Below are positions 14,491 to 27,029 of a stretch of 64,000 bases of DNA, piece after piece; within the stretch, counting starts at the first letter, position 1; each line of letters starts with the position of its first letter. Source of the stretch: the human T2T-CHM13v2.0 reference genome, Homo sapiens; assembly GCF_009914755.1 (NCBI RefSeq), contig NC_060948.1; one strand, 5' to 3'. The notes under the pieces are model-generated. The model was not told where the DNA came from, searched no databases, and saw nothing but the letters and a program-made list of their open reading frames with translations. A program made the translations under genes and the position numbers.

Positions 14491-15619
14491 CTAATTGTAA
14501 CTCACTAATTACACAGGAAATTAGAGTTTCTATTTGAAAAGAATGGTTTTTTTTTCACCATTCTGGTATCAAATATTTATTCTAGTCATCTCTTCTTATT
14601 TCTTACTTTGTAATAACCTAGGTACTGCTGCCCATTGACAGAACCACCTTATTATTCCAGCAAGAAATGAGAAATATTGAGGAGAATGCAATATTATACT
14701 TCTGTCTTCAACCAGTTTTTCCCATTTTAGGGAGGATTCTGTATTTAACTCTTACTCAGGTAACTCTAGTTACCATATCCGTAGTACCTAGTCAACAATC
14801 CAAAAAAAGTAAGAACACAGAATTGACTGGAGTGGTTACTAAACTTTCTATGTTCAACCAGTTTCCTAGTAATTGCTAGTTGTTTATTCAACTAGTACTG
14901 AGAAGAATTTGTTTATTCCAGGTACTGGCTTCATGTAGTTATCTCTAGTTAATTACTTACTTGGATAAAGTTGAAAGCTACTGTATTAGGTAATACTTCT
15001 AACATGAGGTTGGAATTTTGCATTGAGGAAAATGGTTATTGAACTCCCTGGCATAGGCCAGTTATCTTCAGCTTCCTGGGATCAATTACCTGGTCTGGCT
15101 AATTCTAGCTATCTTTAGGTTGCTAATTACATGTTTACCACCAGATGTCTGTGGTAATTCATTATTCCAACAAAACGTAGTAGAATGATTAGGAAGGATT
15201 TTGCTTTTTCCAGACATCACATAGATATTCAAATTATCTCCTGTTATCCTTTGTACCTTTTTTTCCTGGGTAACACTCAGCACCTATCCTTCTAAGTTCT
15301 TATCCCAACTAAAATCAATAATTGAGACTTGCAAAGGATATGATTTTCAGGATCAGGTTCACTTGGTATTGCAATGATTGTTAGCTGTTTCTATGAAATG
15401 TGTTTCATGGGAAAGCCCAGTTAAGTAGAACTTACGTATTAACTCAACACCAGCAAAATTTTATCTGACCTGACCAGATTCCCTATGTTCTACATTCCAC
15501 TGAACTATTCTTGCTGTCTCTATTTTACTACTTACTTAGGTACCTGACTTATCTGTGGTAGTAATTCATTATTCCAACAATAACTCAGCAGGACGTGGTG
15601 AGAAGAATGTGATTTTATT

Positions 15620-16762
15620 TTTAAAATATATTTTTATTGAGGTAAAATATACACATGTAATGTATCTGCTTTACACCTGTAACCGTGCAGTTCAGTGGTA
15701 ATAAATACATTTATATTCTTTTATTTCCCCTTCATCCCCTGCTTCCCCTTCTGGCCTCTGGTAACCATCACTATAGTCGCTATCTTCATGAGAACCACTT
15801 TTTTAGCTCCCATATATGAGTGAAAACATGCAATGTTTGTTTTTCTGTGCCTGGCTTATTTCATTTAACATAATATCCAGTCATTCTTTTCATGCCTGGA
15901 TAATATTCCATTGTGTACGTATGCCACATTTGCCTAATCCATTCATCCATCAATGGGCACTTAGGCTAAATCCATATTTTGGCTATTGTGACTTGTGCTG
16001 CAATACACATGAGTATGCAGATATATCTCTTTGATCTTCAGATAAATTTATTTATCTATCTATCCATCTCTCTCTCTCTCTCTCTCTCTCTCCTCTCTCT
16101 CCCCCTCCCTCTCTTTCCCCAGCAGTGGAATACTTGGATCATATACTAGTTCTATTTTTAGGATTTTGAGGAACCCCATACTGTTCTCCATAGGGGCTGT
16201 AGTAAATTACATTCCCACCAACAGTGTACACAGGTTCCCCTTTCTCCACCTCCCTGCTCGCATCTGTTCATGCCTGTATTTTGATAAAATCCATTTAACT
16301 GGAGTGAGATGATATTGCATTGTGGTTTTGATTTGTATTTCTCTGATGATTCATAATAAGCATGTTTTCATATGCCTGCTGGCCATTTTTGTGTCTTCTT
16401 TTGAGAAACATCTATTCAGATTATTTGTCCATTTTTAAGTCAGATTGTTTGTTATTAACTTTTTTGAGCTCCTTCTGTATTCTGGTTATGAATCCCGTAT
16501 CAGATGGGTAGTTTGCAAATATTTTCTGCCATTCTGTGGGTTGTCTCTTCACTTGGTTGATAATTTCCTTTGCTATGCAGAAGCTTTTTAACTTGATGTA
16601 ATCCCGATAGTTTATGTTTGCTTTGATTCTTGTGCTTTTGAGGTCTTACTCAAGAAGTCTTTGCCCAGACCAATGTCCTGGAGCATTTCCCCAATGTTTT
16701 TTGGTGGTTTCAGTTACAGGTCATGAATTCAAGTCTTTTTTTTTTTTTTTTTTTGGTTTTTG

Positions 16763-16793
<31 letters not shown>

Positions 16794-17610
16794 TGACAGA
16801 GTCTCATCTCACTCTGTTGTTCAGGCCCAGGCTGGAGTGCAGTGTCACCATCTCTGCTCACCATAACATCCACCTCCACGGTTCAAGTGATTCTCGTGCC
16901 CCAGCCTCCCGAGTAGCTGGGATTACAAGTGTGCACCACCACAGCTGGCTAAGTTTTGTAGTTTTCATAGAGACGGGTTTCACCATACTGGCCAGGCTGG
17001 TCTCGAACCCCTGACCTCAAGTGACCCACTCACCTCGGCCACCCAAAGTGCTAGGATTACAGGCGTGAGCCACCACTCCCAGCCAGATTCAAGTCTTTAA
17101 TCCATTTTTGATTTGCTTTTTGTGTGTGGTGAAAGAGAGGAATCTAGTTTCATTCTTCTGCATATACTCATCCAGCTTTCCTAGTGCTATTTATTGAAAT
17201 GTTGGTCTTTTCAGCATCATATGTTCTTTTTGTCTTTGTTGAAGTTGAGTTGGTTGTAAGCATGTGGCTTTATATCAGGTTCTCTATTCTGCTCCATTTG
17301 TCTCTGTGTCTGTTTTTAAGCCGGTACCATGCTGCTTGGTTCACTATAGCTTTGTCGTAAAATTTTGAAGTCAGGTAGTGTGCTGCTTCCAGCTTTTCAC
17401 TTTTTGCTCAGGATTGCTTTGGCTATTTGAGGTATTTTATGGTTTCCTATGAATATTATAAGTTTTTTCCTGTTTCTGTGAAGAATGTCTTTGGTAGTTT
17501 GGTAGGGCTTGCATTTAATCTGTTAATCGCTTTGGTGAGTATTGTGAATTATACAATATTAATCCTGTCAATCTATAAGCCTGGACTATCTTTCCATGTT
17601 TTTGTGTCCT
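15620..17610 (-). mobile_element. L1MA/L1PB 3' portion interrupted by an Alu
   Basis: Antisense L1 3' UTR and ORF2 motifs (atgagtgaaaacatgcaatg, acattcccaccaacagtgtac, ttgaagtcaggtagtgtg). Confidence 0.85.
16736..17085 (-). mobile_element. AluS element
   Basis: Antisense Alu with (GTTTT)n tail and attcaagtcttt target-site duplication on both sides. Confidence 0.9.
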
Positions 17611-17713
17611 GAGAAGACAGTTGTTTTTTTTTTTTTAATTTCTGTATTTAACTAGTTTTTCTAGCTATTATTACTTATTCCTAGTAAACTAATTACCTGG
17701 GTACTGGCAGGTA

Positions 17714-17988
17714 CAGGTCGACCTCATTTTATTGTGATGCACATTTTTGTGTTTATAGATATTGTGTGTTTTTTATAAATTAAAGTTTTCTGGCAACCGT
17801 CAAGCATGTCAGTGTCATTTTTCCAACAGCATGTGCCCACTTCATGTCCCTGTGTCACATTTTGGTAATTCTCACAATATTTCCAACTTTTCCATCATGA
17901 TTATATCTGTTATGATGATTTCTGATCAGTGATCTTTGATGTTATTATTGTAATTGCTTTAGGACTCCAGAAACTGGGCCCATAGAAG
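17714..17988 (+). mobile_element. Tigger1 DNA transposon 5' fragment
   Basis: catttttccaacagcatgtgcccacttcatgtccctgtgtcacattttggtaattctc...gatcagtgatctttgatgtt matches the Tigger1 left end. Confidence 0.8.
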
Positions 17989-18226
17989 AACACACAAGGA
18001 GGCATCGCACTACCTGACTTCAAAATATACTACAAAGGTATATTTCAAAATATACTACAGATCTACAGGAGGAGAAAGACGACGGAACAGAATGCTTCAC
18101 TGATTGTCCCCCTGACCCCCCACCAAGGACACCAATTTAACAACTATCTACACAGAAAAAAACATCTTCATGAGAACCAAAAATCAAGTGAACACCCATA
18201 GTACCTGGTTTTAACTTCACGTAGCT

Positions 18227-18422
18227 TGATATGGTTTGGCTGTGTCCCCACCAAAATCTCAACTTGATTTGTATCTCCCAGAATTCCGACGTGTTATGGG
18301 AGGGACCTAGAGGGAGGTAATTGAATCATGGGGGCCGGTCTTTCCTGTGCTAATCTCCTGATAGTGAGTAAGTCTCATGGGATCTGATGGATTTACCAGG
18401 GGTTTCTGCTTTTGCTTCTTCT
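18227..18422 (+). mobile_element. Truncated THE1 LTR
   Basis: tgatatggtttggctgtgtccccacc...ggggtttctgcttttgcttctt, cut off where ERV sequence begins. Confidence 0.8.
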
Positions 18423-21399
18423 AAGTATTAAGGCGGATATTGCCTGAGTTTGAGTCCCTCCTGAACAATAGACAAACGTCTCCAACTGGTTCACAGGTGT
18501 AGGTAGTGCGTTCTTTGTGGGGTGCTGGTGCCACCTTGACCCTGGAGCAGTAAATCCACTTGATGTTTGAGTTGAACAGCTGTCGGGGTCATAAGGAGAA
18601 CTTGGTATGGTCCAGTCCACGCTGGCTCCAGTGGCTTTTTGTCCTGTGGGAGAGTTTTAAGATATACCTAGTCTTCAGGCATAAGGTTAGGGTGAGTGTT
18701 TCCTGAAAAAGAGGGGCCAGGTGTTGGGCTATGAAGACTTTGATAATGATTGATGGCCTTGATGGTTTGTCCCAGGGACATAACATACTGTATGAGATAA
18801 TGTCTCTTTGGGTCTAACAAAAGGTCAGTTTGGAAGAAAGATCTTCCAAAGAGATTCCAAAGAGAATCTCGAAAGGGCTAGATGGGCTTCACATTTTGCG
18901 GTGATACAGGCTCTTAAGAGTACAATGGGGGGCAAAGTTGACCATAACTGTTGGGTTTCATGTGTTAACTTTGTGAGGTGCTTTTTCTGGTTTGATTGGC
19001 TGTCTCCGCCTTCCCAGAAGATTGTGGACGTCAAGACGCATGCAGATAATATTTGATCTGGAGAGCTTCACTGATTCTCTGAAAAAAACAAAAAAATTAT
19101 TTTTTTCTTTTTTCTTTTTTTTTTTTTTTTTTTGACAGATTCTCATCTCACACTGTTGTTCAGGCCCAGGCTGGAGTGCAGTGTCACCATCTCGGTTCAC
19201 TATAACATCCACCTCCTCGGTTCAAGTGCTTCTCTTGCCCCAGCCTCCCGAGTAGCTGGGATTACAAGTGTGCACCACCAGAGCTGGCTAAGTTTTGTAG
19301 TGTTCGTAGAGAAAAAATGAAATGAAATTTCATGAGAACCAAAAATCAAGTGAACACCCATCGTACCTGGTTTTACCTTCACGTAGCTTGATATGGTTTG
19401 GCTGTGTCTCCACCGAAATGTCAACTTGACTTGTATCTCTCAGAATTCTGACGCGTTATGGGAGGGACCTAGGGTCCCTCATTTTAAGAAATGAAAGTGG
19501 GGCCATTGTCTGACTGTAGGGCATGAGGGAGCCTAAAACAAGGAAGAATGCGGTCTAAAAGGGCTGAGGTGACTTCTGAGGCCCATGCAGTTTTGGCGGG
19601 AAGGGCCTTTATCCATCCAGTGAAGGTGTCTACAAAGACTAACAAATACCTGACTAACAAATACACACATTGCATGATGCATGTGTGTAAAATATATTTG
19701 CCAGTCTTCTCGGGGTAGGGTTCCTCTCTTAGAATGGGTTGAAGGATTTGGGGAGGTTTGTGTCCTCCCTCTGGGTTTATTTGGCCTCAGGTGGGACATG
19801 CCTGTGAGATGGCTCATAGAGCTTGGGCTATCCCCGTGCTGGTGAACAGTGACTTTATTAGATCTTGGAAGGCCTTAGCCCCTAGATGAGTTGATTGGTA
19901 TACGCTATTTAGAAACTTCAATTGTGAGGCTCCTGGGAGCAAGAGTTTGCCATTAGGACTTTTTAGCCAGCCCTCTGAGGTATGGGAGAAACCTCTTTCT
20001 AGAGCTTTTTGGGCTTCCCCCTCTTTATAGTGTGGAGACAGGGAAGTTAGGCTAGGAATGAAGACAGCCTGAAAGGGTGACCTGGCAGCCACTTTTACTT
20101 ATTTGTCAGCCCAGGTGTTCCCGATAGAGATTTCATCATTGCTTCTCTGATGGGCTTTGCAGTGAATGATAGTGACCTGTGGGGGAAGCATAGCTGCCTC
20201 CAACGGGGCCATGATTTCAGGAACACATTTAATGGAAGTATTTCAGGCCATTAAAAGTCCTCTTTCCTGCCAAATGGCTGCATGGGCATGCACTGCATGA
20301 TAGACATAGGCTGAGTCTGTGTAAATATTAAGCCTCAGGCCTGCCCCTAATTGTAAGGCACAGGTAAGAGCAATGAGCTCAGCCTTTTGGGCTGAGGTGC
20401 TACTTCCTGGCAGAGGTCCAGATTCTGTGATTTCAGTTAGGTTAATAGTAGCATACCCTGACAGTTGGGTTCCACCTATCATAAAGCTACTGCCATCTGT
20501 GTACCGTGTGGCCTCTGAATCTATAAGGGGAATATCCTGGAGGTCTGGTCTAACATTACAGGTTAGATCTATGGTTTCCAAGCAAGAATGTTAAAGTGGC
20601 CTCTCCACATTTGGGTTTGGTAACAGCATGCCAGCATTAAGGGTTGGCAGAGCCTAATACTCAATTCTGGTACCTGTAGAAGGAGTGTTGGAAATTTGCT
20701 TATATGGCTCTGTGAGATCCAGTGAAAGGCCTTTGAGTTTAGGACATTCATTACTTGATGTGGGGTGTAGACAGTTATTGCTTGGCCCAGAATTAGCTCG
20801 GAGGCCTCCACAACCAGGAGAGCCACACACACTAGCACTCAGAGGCATGGCAGCCATCCCCATGCCTTTTTTTTGACAAGTAACTAGCTGGCCACTGGGA
20901 GGGTCCCAGTGGCTGAGTGAGGACTCCAAGGGCTGTATCCCTTCTCTCAACTATGAACAAGTAAAGATGCTTTGTAAGATCTGGCAAGGCCAGGGCGTGG
21001 GCTTGTTTGAGGGTTTTTAGAACACTGTCCATTTCAAGGCTCCAATTTAAGAGCTCCCCCCCGCCGATCCTTGCAGTGCCCCATAAAGAGGTTTTGCTAT
21101 AAGTCCTAACCGGGTTGTCCAAATGTGACAGAAACCTACCATTCGAAGAAAGGACTACAACTGATGTTTAGTGGATGGAATGTCCACGTTTAGCATAAGA
21201 TTTTTGCGGTGGTCTGAGAGATCCTTGGGCCCTGGGATGAATGTTAGTCTCAAGAATCAAACCTCCTGAGAGAAGATTTGAGCTTTGGAAGGAGACACTT
21301 TATACCCACAAGGAGCCAATGTCCAAAGAGTTGTAATAGTATTTAGGTCTGAGGCATTTTTGGTTGGATTGCAAATAAGCGGTTATCAACATATTGAAG
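18423..21399 (-). mobile_element. Degenerate ERV1 (gammaretrovirus-like) pol remnant: RT C-terminus, RNase H, integrase
   Basis: Minus-strand motifs in order: LQYVDN (decayed YVDD, ~21382-21399), [36 protein letters not shown] (RNase H), YLLVFVDTFTGW..LQSDNGPTFIS and RPQSSGKAE (integrase DDE). Many stops and frameshifts; no LTR seen. Confidence 0.9.
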
Positions 21400-21650
21400 G
21401 ACTGCTTGAAGCTAGGAGTTTGAGACCAGCCTGGACAACCTAGTGAGACCCCTTCACTACAAAAAAAGTATTATAAGCTGCAGGTGGATGCACTTACCTT
21501 TGGTCCCAGCTTCTTGGCAGGCTAAGGTGGGAATGTCGCTTGGGCCCAGAAAGTAGAAGCTGCAGTGGGCTATGACCATGCCACTGCTCTCCAGCCTGGA
21601 TGGCAGAGTGAGAGCTTGTGTCAAAACAAACAAAGAAACAAACAAAAACC
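21400..21650 (+). mobile_element. 5'-truncated AluJ-type element
   Basis: ggagtttgagaccagcctgg...ccactgctctccagcctgg with an (AAAC)n tail; abuts the truncated ERV RT. Confidence 0.8.
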
Positions 21651-22179
21651 TGCAAGCCCTGTGCTAGCCACTTTATGGATATATAAAGGTATATGCATAT
21701 GCAGAGGGTAGAGAATCTTCACAACAAAGGGAGTAGGTAGGAATTTTTTTTATATTTCAAATAAAGAATAATCTCATTTCACATAAAGATACTTGAATTT
21801 CAGGAGCTTAAAGAACTTGCTGAAAGTTACAAATTAATTATGTGACAAGGTTGGAATCTGAACTTCTCTTTCACCACTACTACTATATAGCTTCCCGGGT
21901 TTATAGTAGTAATTAAATCACGGAGGGAAATAAGTAAAATTGGCCAATGAAAGGGAAGCAGCACAGGTATAAATAAACTTACCTGTCATAAAGTCCTCCT
22001 TCTTATCATGCAATGTCCTGCCTAACATGTTGACGTAAATAAGGTCCATGTCCATTATTAGCTCAACAAGTTAAATGATTCATTTTATTTTCCTTTGACG
22101 GCTTTTTCAAAAGGAAAAAAAGTGGGCTAGCACAGAATGTGTTGTAATCATGAGTATAGACTAGGAGATTCTTTGTTTC

Positions 22180-22181
<2 letters not shown>

Positions 22182-22211
<30 letters not shown>

Positions 22212-22464
22212 CCTGAGACGGCATCTCGCTCTGTCGCCCAGGCTGGAGTGCAGTGGCATGATCTCGGCTCACTGCAAGCTCTGCCTCCCGGGTAGCTGGG
22301 ACTACAGGCACCCGCCACCACGCCCGGCTAATATTTTTGTATTTTTAGCAGAGACAGGGTTTCACCCTGTTAGCCAGGATGGTCTGGATCTCCTGACCTC
22401 GTGATCCGCCCACCTCGGCCTCCCAAAGTGCTGGGATTACAGGCATGAGCCATTGCGCCCGGCC
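22182..22464 (-). mobile_element. AluY with internal deletion
   Basis: Long poly-T, AluY diagnostics, and TSD aga(c/a)taggagattctttgt at 22158-22176 and 22465-22483. Confidence 0.9.
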
Positions 22465-23437
22465 AGAATAGGAGATTCTTTGTAAATGAGTATATGTGTT
22501 TAAGAAATACATTCATATGGTTATGTTGAGGCAGATGCCACATATCCACACAAACCACATTAGCATCTGCAGTTTTCAAATTTCAGAAATAGTTTTCACG
22601 CACACATGTAAAAATATAAAAGCATTCATGAACACATTACCTATTTCAGTAATACATATTTCAATACATAAATGATTTAGCTTATCAACAAATTAATTTA
22701 TAAGTGTGATAAAGAACAGAAGACACAAGAATTTATGCAGCATTGAAAGTCTTTGGTCACTGGGTGTCATGATGTTCCCCTGTAGTGATTAACCTTTCAG
22801 CAATAAAAGATCCTGAATTTTTGGAGAGGAACACTTCAGTGTTACATGGATTAGCATTGTCAATAGAAAGTTTTATTAAAATATGCCACAGTTTTTTCTC
22901 AGATTATTATGTCATATTTAAACCACATTATTAATGTAGCTTTTTACCTGAAACTGACCAAGAAATATTAGATGTTCAGATATTTAAATAACAAAGGAAT
23001 ACACAATTCTGTCGGTCATCTTCAAGTTTTATTGTATCCAGGTTAAATCTGAAGAATTTGTACAGTGTATTGATGTGTGTGCCTGGGTACATTTTTGGAA
23101 GAACTCTTGGTTATACAGAATTTCCACTGTACAGAAGTTAGCCCTAGATATAATTATTGTGTCTTAGTGTCCAGCTGCTTTTACCCATGCCTTGTGTGTG
23201 CATACCTGATAGCAGATGTATTCTAAAACTGCAACCACTAATCAGAACCAGATACCTATGTTTTTTTCTCTTTGAATATGCTCCACTCTGCCAAGTTCGA
23301 TGGAAGTGAGTGGTTGTGACAATTCAAAACAGTTGTGCCTGTTCTACAACACAAATGCTGCTGAACTTGGAGAAAAGACCTGTGCAGACAGAATGAGAAG
23401 ACTTAGTCAGTTGCTCTAAGAACGTCATTGGAAAGTT

Positions 23438-23548
23438 TTTCTTTCTTTTCTTTTCTTTTCTTTTCTTTTCTTTTCTTTTCTTTTCTTTTCTTTTCTTTTC
23501 TTTTCTTTTCTTTTCTTTCTTTTCTTTTCTTTTCTTTTCTTTTCTTTC
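23438..23548. repeat. (CTTTT)n pentanucleotide microsatellite
   Basis: Long near-perfect ttttc run. Confidence 0.95.
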
Positions 23549-24894
23549 TATTTATTTTGAAGGCTAGTTATTGACTAAGTTGTAAAGGTGAATCTGATAA
23601 ACTGGCTGACTAGTTTAGAGGTCAATATTTAAACCATGGAATTGAATCCGTAGAGGGCAAGAGTTGGAAAAGATGAAAATAGGTTCATGGGACAGTTATA
23701 TTTTATTTTTGTTGTTTTTGAAACTGAATCTGGAAAATATCCAAGTTATGTTTCAATATATGACACTACATCTTTAAATGACAATTTTGGCGTATATTGT
23801 TATGGCCATTTCATAAATTGCTTTTTATTAAACTGGTGCAAAGGTAATTGTGGTTTTTGCCGTTACTTTCAGACCTCAATTACTTTTGCAGCAACCTCTT
23901 ACCAGTCGTAAGAACATCCTTGCTTTTAACATAAAGGGATTGGTGAAGTTACCATGATTCTCACTTAAGAATTACTGAGAAAAATGCAGCAGCAGGGGTT
24001 AGCAAAAACTATTTGTTAATTGAAGGCCTGTGTTTATTTGAATGAAAGGATTTTTCATTTAAATTATAAAAACAGAGCAAGTTCCTAGTTATATCAAATC
24101 CATGTTCAATTTCATTCACAGAGATGGTGACAAAACAAGAGTAAATGAACAATGTCAGAATCAAAAGATACTCTGCCTGGAAAGAACTTGCAATGGAATT
24201 TTTTAAAAACGAGATTAAAACAGATAGAAATATGTTTATAATTCATTAAATATTTTAAAGTACTTGCTGTTTTAATGAAACTGAACAACAAAGACCCTGT
24301 CCTTAGTGAGCCTGCAAGCTAGTGGGGGACTCCAATAATAATCAGACTATCACAAAATATGTTTTGTACATGTCACATAAACCAAGAACGAAGCAGTATT
24401 TACAAGATTTCCAAATATTCATATGCTGAGAATGTGTAAATGCTGTAAACCGCAATATAAAGGCACACGTTATTTAACAGAATACACTATATTTCCCCTC
24501 TTCAATAAATATCTAAATACAAATGTAAATGTTAGAGTCATGTAATCCATGTACATATAATTCCCTTTCCATTTATTCACTCATATTATTGAAGCTTGGG
24601 ATGCATAACTTTTAAAAACATGGATAATAACATAGGAAGGGTTATTTGATAGCCAGTAACTATGTCTGTTCCTACTTGAACGGAAGTTCAGCAACATTCA
24701 GTGGCAAGACATACGCTCAAAAAAATGTACAAATGATTAACAGTGTACATTATGTAGTTGACAAAAATTGAAGAAATAAGGGGGAAGAAAAGAAAAAGAA
24801 TACCCATCTCTCCTTTCTCCAGTGGTTTTACTGTGGTAGAGTATGTATACCACTTAATTCACTCATTTAAAGTGCACAGTTCTGTGGGTTTGGT

Positions 24895-25282
24895 ATTGTG
24901 TTAGTCTTGTTTTCACACTGCTATAAAGAAATACCATAATTTATAAAGAAATGTATAAAATTATAATTTACAAAGGAAAGAGGTTTAATTGACTCACAGT
25001 TCTGCATGGCTAGGGAGGCCTCGGGAAATTTACAATCATGGTGGAAGGCAAAGAAGTGTGGACCTTCTCCACATGGTAACAGGAGAGAAAAGACTGAGTG
25101 AAGGAGAAACTTGCCAAAATCTTATAAAACCATCAGATCTAGTGATAACTTACTATCATGCAACCAGCATGGGGGAAACTGTCCCCATGATCCAATCACC
25201 TCCCACTATGTTCTCCCCTCAACACCTAGGGATTACAATTCAAGATGAGATTTTGGTGAGTACACAAAGACTTACCACATCA
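24895..25282 (-). mobile_element. MaLR LTR (MST/THE1) nested in antisense old L1 (~24820-25650)
   Basis: aggtttaattgactcacagttctgcatggc...gggattacaattcaagatgagatttt. Confidence 0.75.
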
Positions 25283-27029
25283 GGTGTATTCACAGACATT
25301 GTGAATATTACCATGGTCAATGGTAGAATATTTTTATCATGTCAGAAAGAAATCCCATCTCTTTTAGCCAACATCCCCAGTGATCCTAGCCTTCTCGCAG
25401 CCCCGGGCAACCACTAATTTACTTTGTTTCTATTGACTTCTCTATTCAAAATATTTCATATGAATGTAATAATACACTATGTGGCCTTTTTGTGCATTGC
25501 TTCTATTAGTCTGGATACTGGTTTTAGGTCCATCCATCTTATGGCATCTGTCAGTAGTTCATTCCTTTGTGGCTAAAAAGTGATGATTATATAGTTACAC
25601 GATATTTTGTTAATGGGCATTTGGGTTGTTTCCAATCATTAGTTATTACGAAGTACCTCCCTTATTCAGTGGTAAGATATCTTTATGGTAATAATTTTAA
25701 ATGAAAACATTTTATATTAGTGTCTAAACTCTATGGTGTGGATAAATTGAACATCATTTTTTCTTGAGTCATGCGGTTTTATTGGGGTTGACTTGGTACC
25801 CCCTTAAAAACATATATGCATAACTTTGAAACAATAATTTTTATATATATATATAATTTGGAGATGACGTGCTACTCATATATTATTTCGAAGCAGTCAA
25901 AAACCTACAAAAAATTTCAGTATGGAATGTAAATAGCTTTCTTTTTTCCTAAGACATCTGAGGGTAAGTTTCCAATCGGATACCTCATATCCTGAATATT
26001 TTAGCATGCATTTCCCCAGAAGAGGATTATTATACACAGAAACAGTCAAGACCTAAAAATCAAGAAATGGGCACTGATGTATTTCTACCTTCTAATGGTC
26101 AGACTGCCTTTAAATGCCTTGAGGCAGAAGGAGCCAGTTAGAATTATGCACTGCCATGAGTTTTCATGTCTCTTAGTCTCCTTCAGTCTGATTCCTCATC
26201 TTTCTTTGACTTTCCTGGTTGTAGCACAATTAAAGCGTAGCAGCCAGTTATTTCACAGACTGTCCCTCCATTTGGGTTTGTCTGCTATTTCATCCTGATT
26301 ATGTCTGGACTGCAAATATTTGCCAGAGTTAGTGCAGGGGTGAGGCCCTCTTCTTGACTTCGCATTCTGTCACATTCTAAGCGAATAATTTTCAATTTGT
26401 CCTATTATTGATGAGGATTTGATTAAAATGTTCCCCAGTTTTAACACTCTTATTTTAAACCCTATGAAATCTTTGCTGTATGCTAGCTCAATGAGCAACC
26501 AAGACTAGATTCTATGATAAAATAATTCTATCAAAATTTTAGACATGAGAAACATCAGTTCCTCTTTTAACATATGACAAGTACTCCTAATATCTAGAAA
26601 GTAGACTGACCCCTTACTCATTTGTCATGTAGATTCCACTATTAATTTTGAAATCCATATGGCATTTTATAGGAAATTGAATAAAACTCAAATGTTTCTG
26701 ATTAAGTTTTGCTTAACTCTTGAATATTTTCTTTCCTGAAAACTCATTAAACTGAGATGCCTTTGTAAGAACTTCTTGACTGTGTGTTTTGGAAAACAGA
26801 AGCCACATACTGGAAAAATGTATAAACAATATTACTTTCTAGAAAACTCTGATTCAGAATATAAACAGTATACCTTCACGTTCATAAATTCTACTGTGTT
26901 CAGTTTACTAGTTTTCTGGTTGTTCTTATTCCACATTCAGTTTATTCATATTTATGTAGAATATTTCAGAATAAGTAACATTTAATTTTAAAGAATATAC
27001 TTCACAAGGTATTTTCTGATGTTTTAAAC

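Noticed and set aside
18423-21399. Domesticated retroviral gene
   Set aside because: RT motif decayed to YVDN, multiple stops and frameshifts, and integrase interrupted by an insertion.
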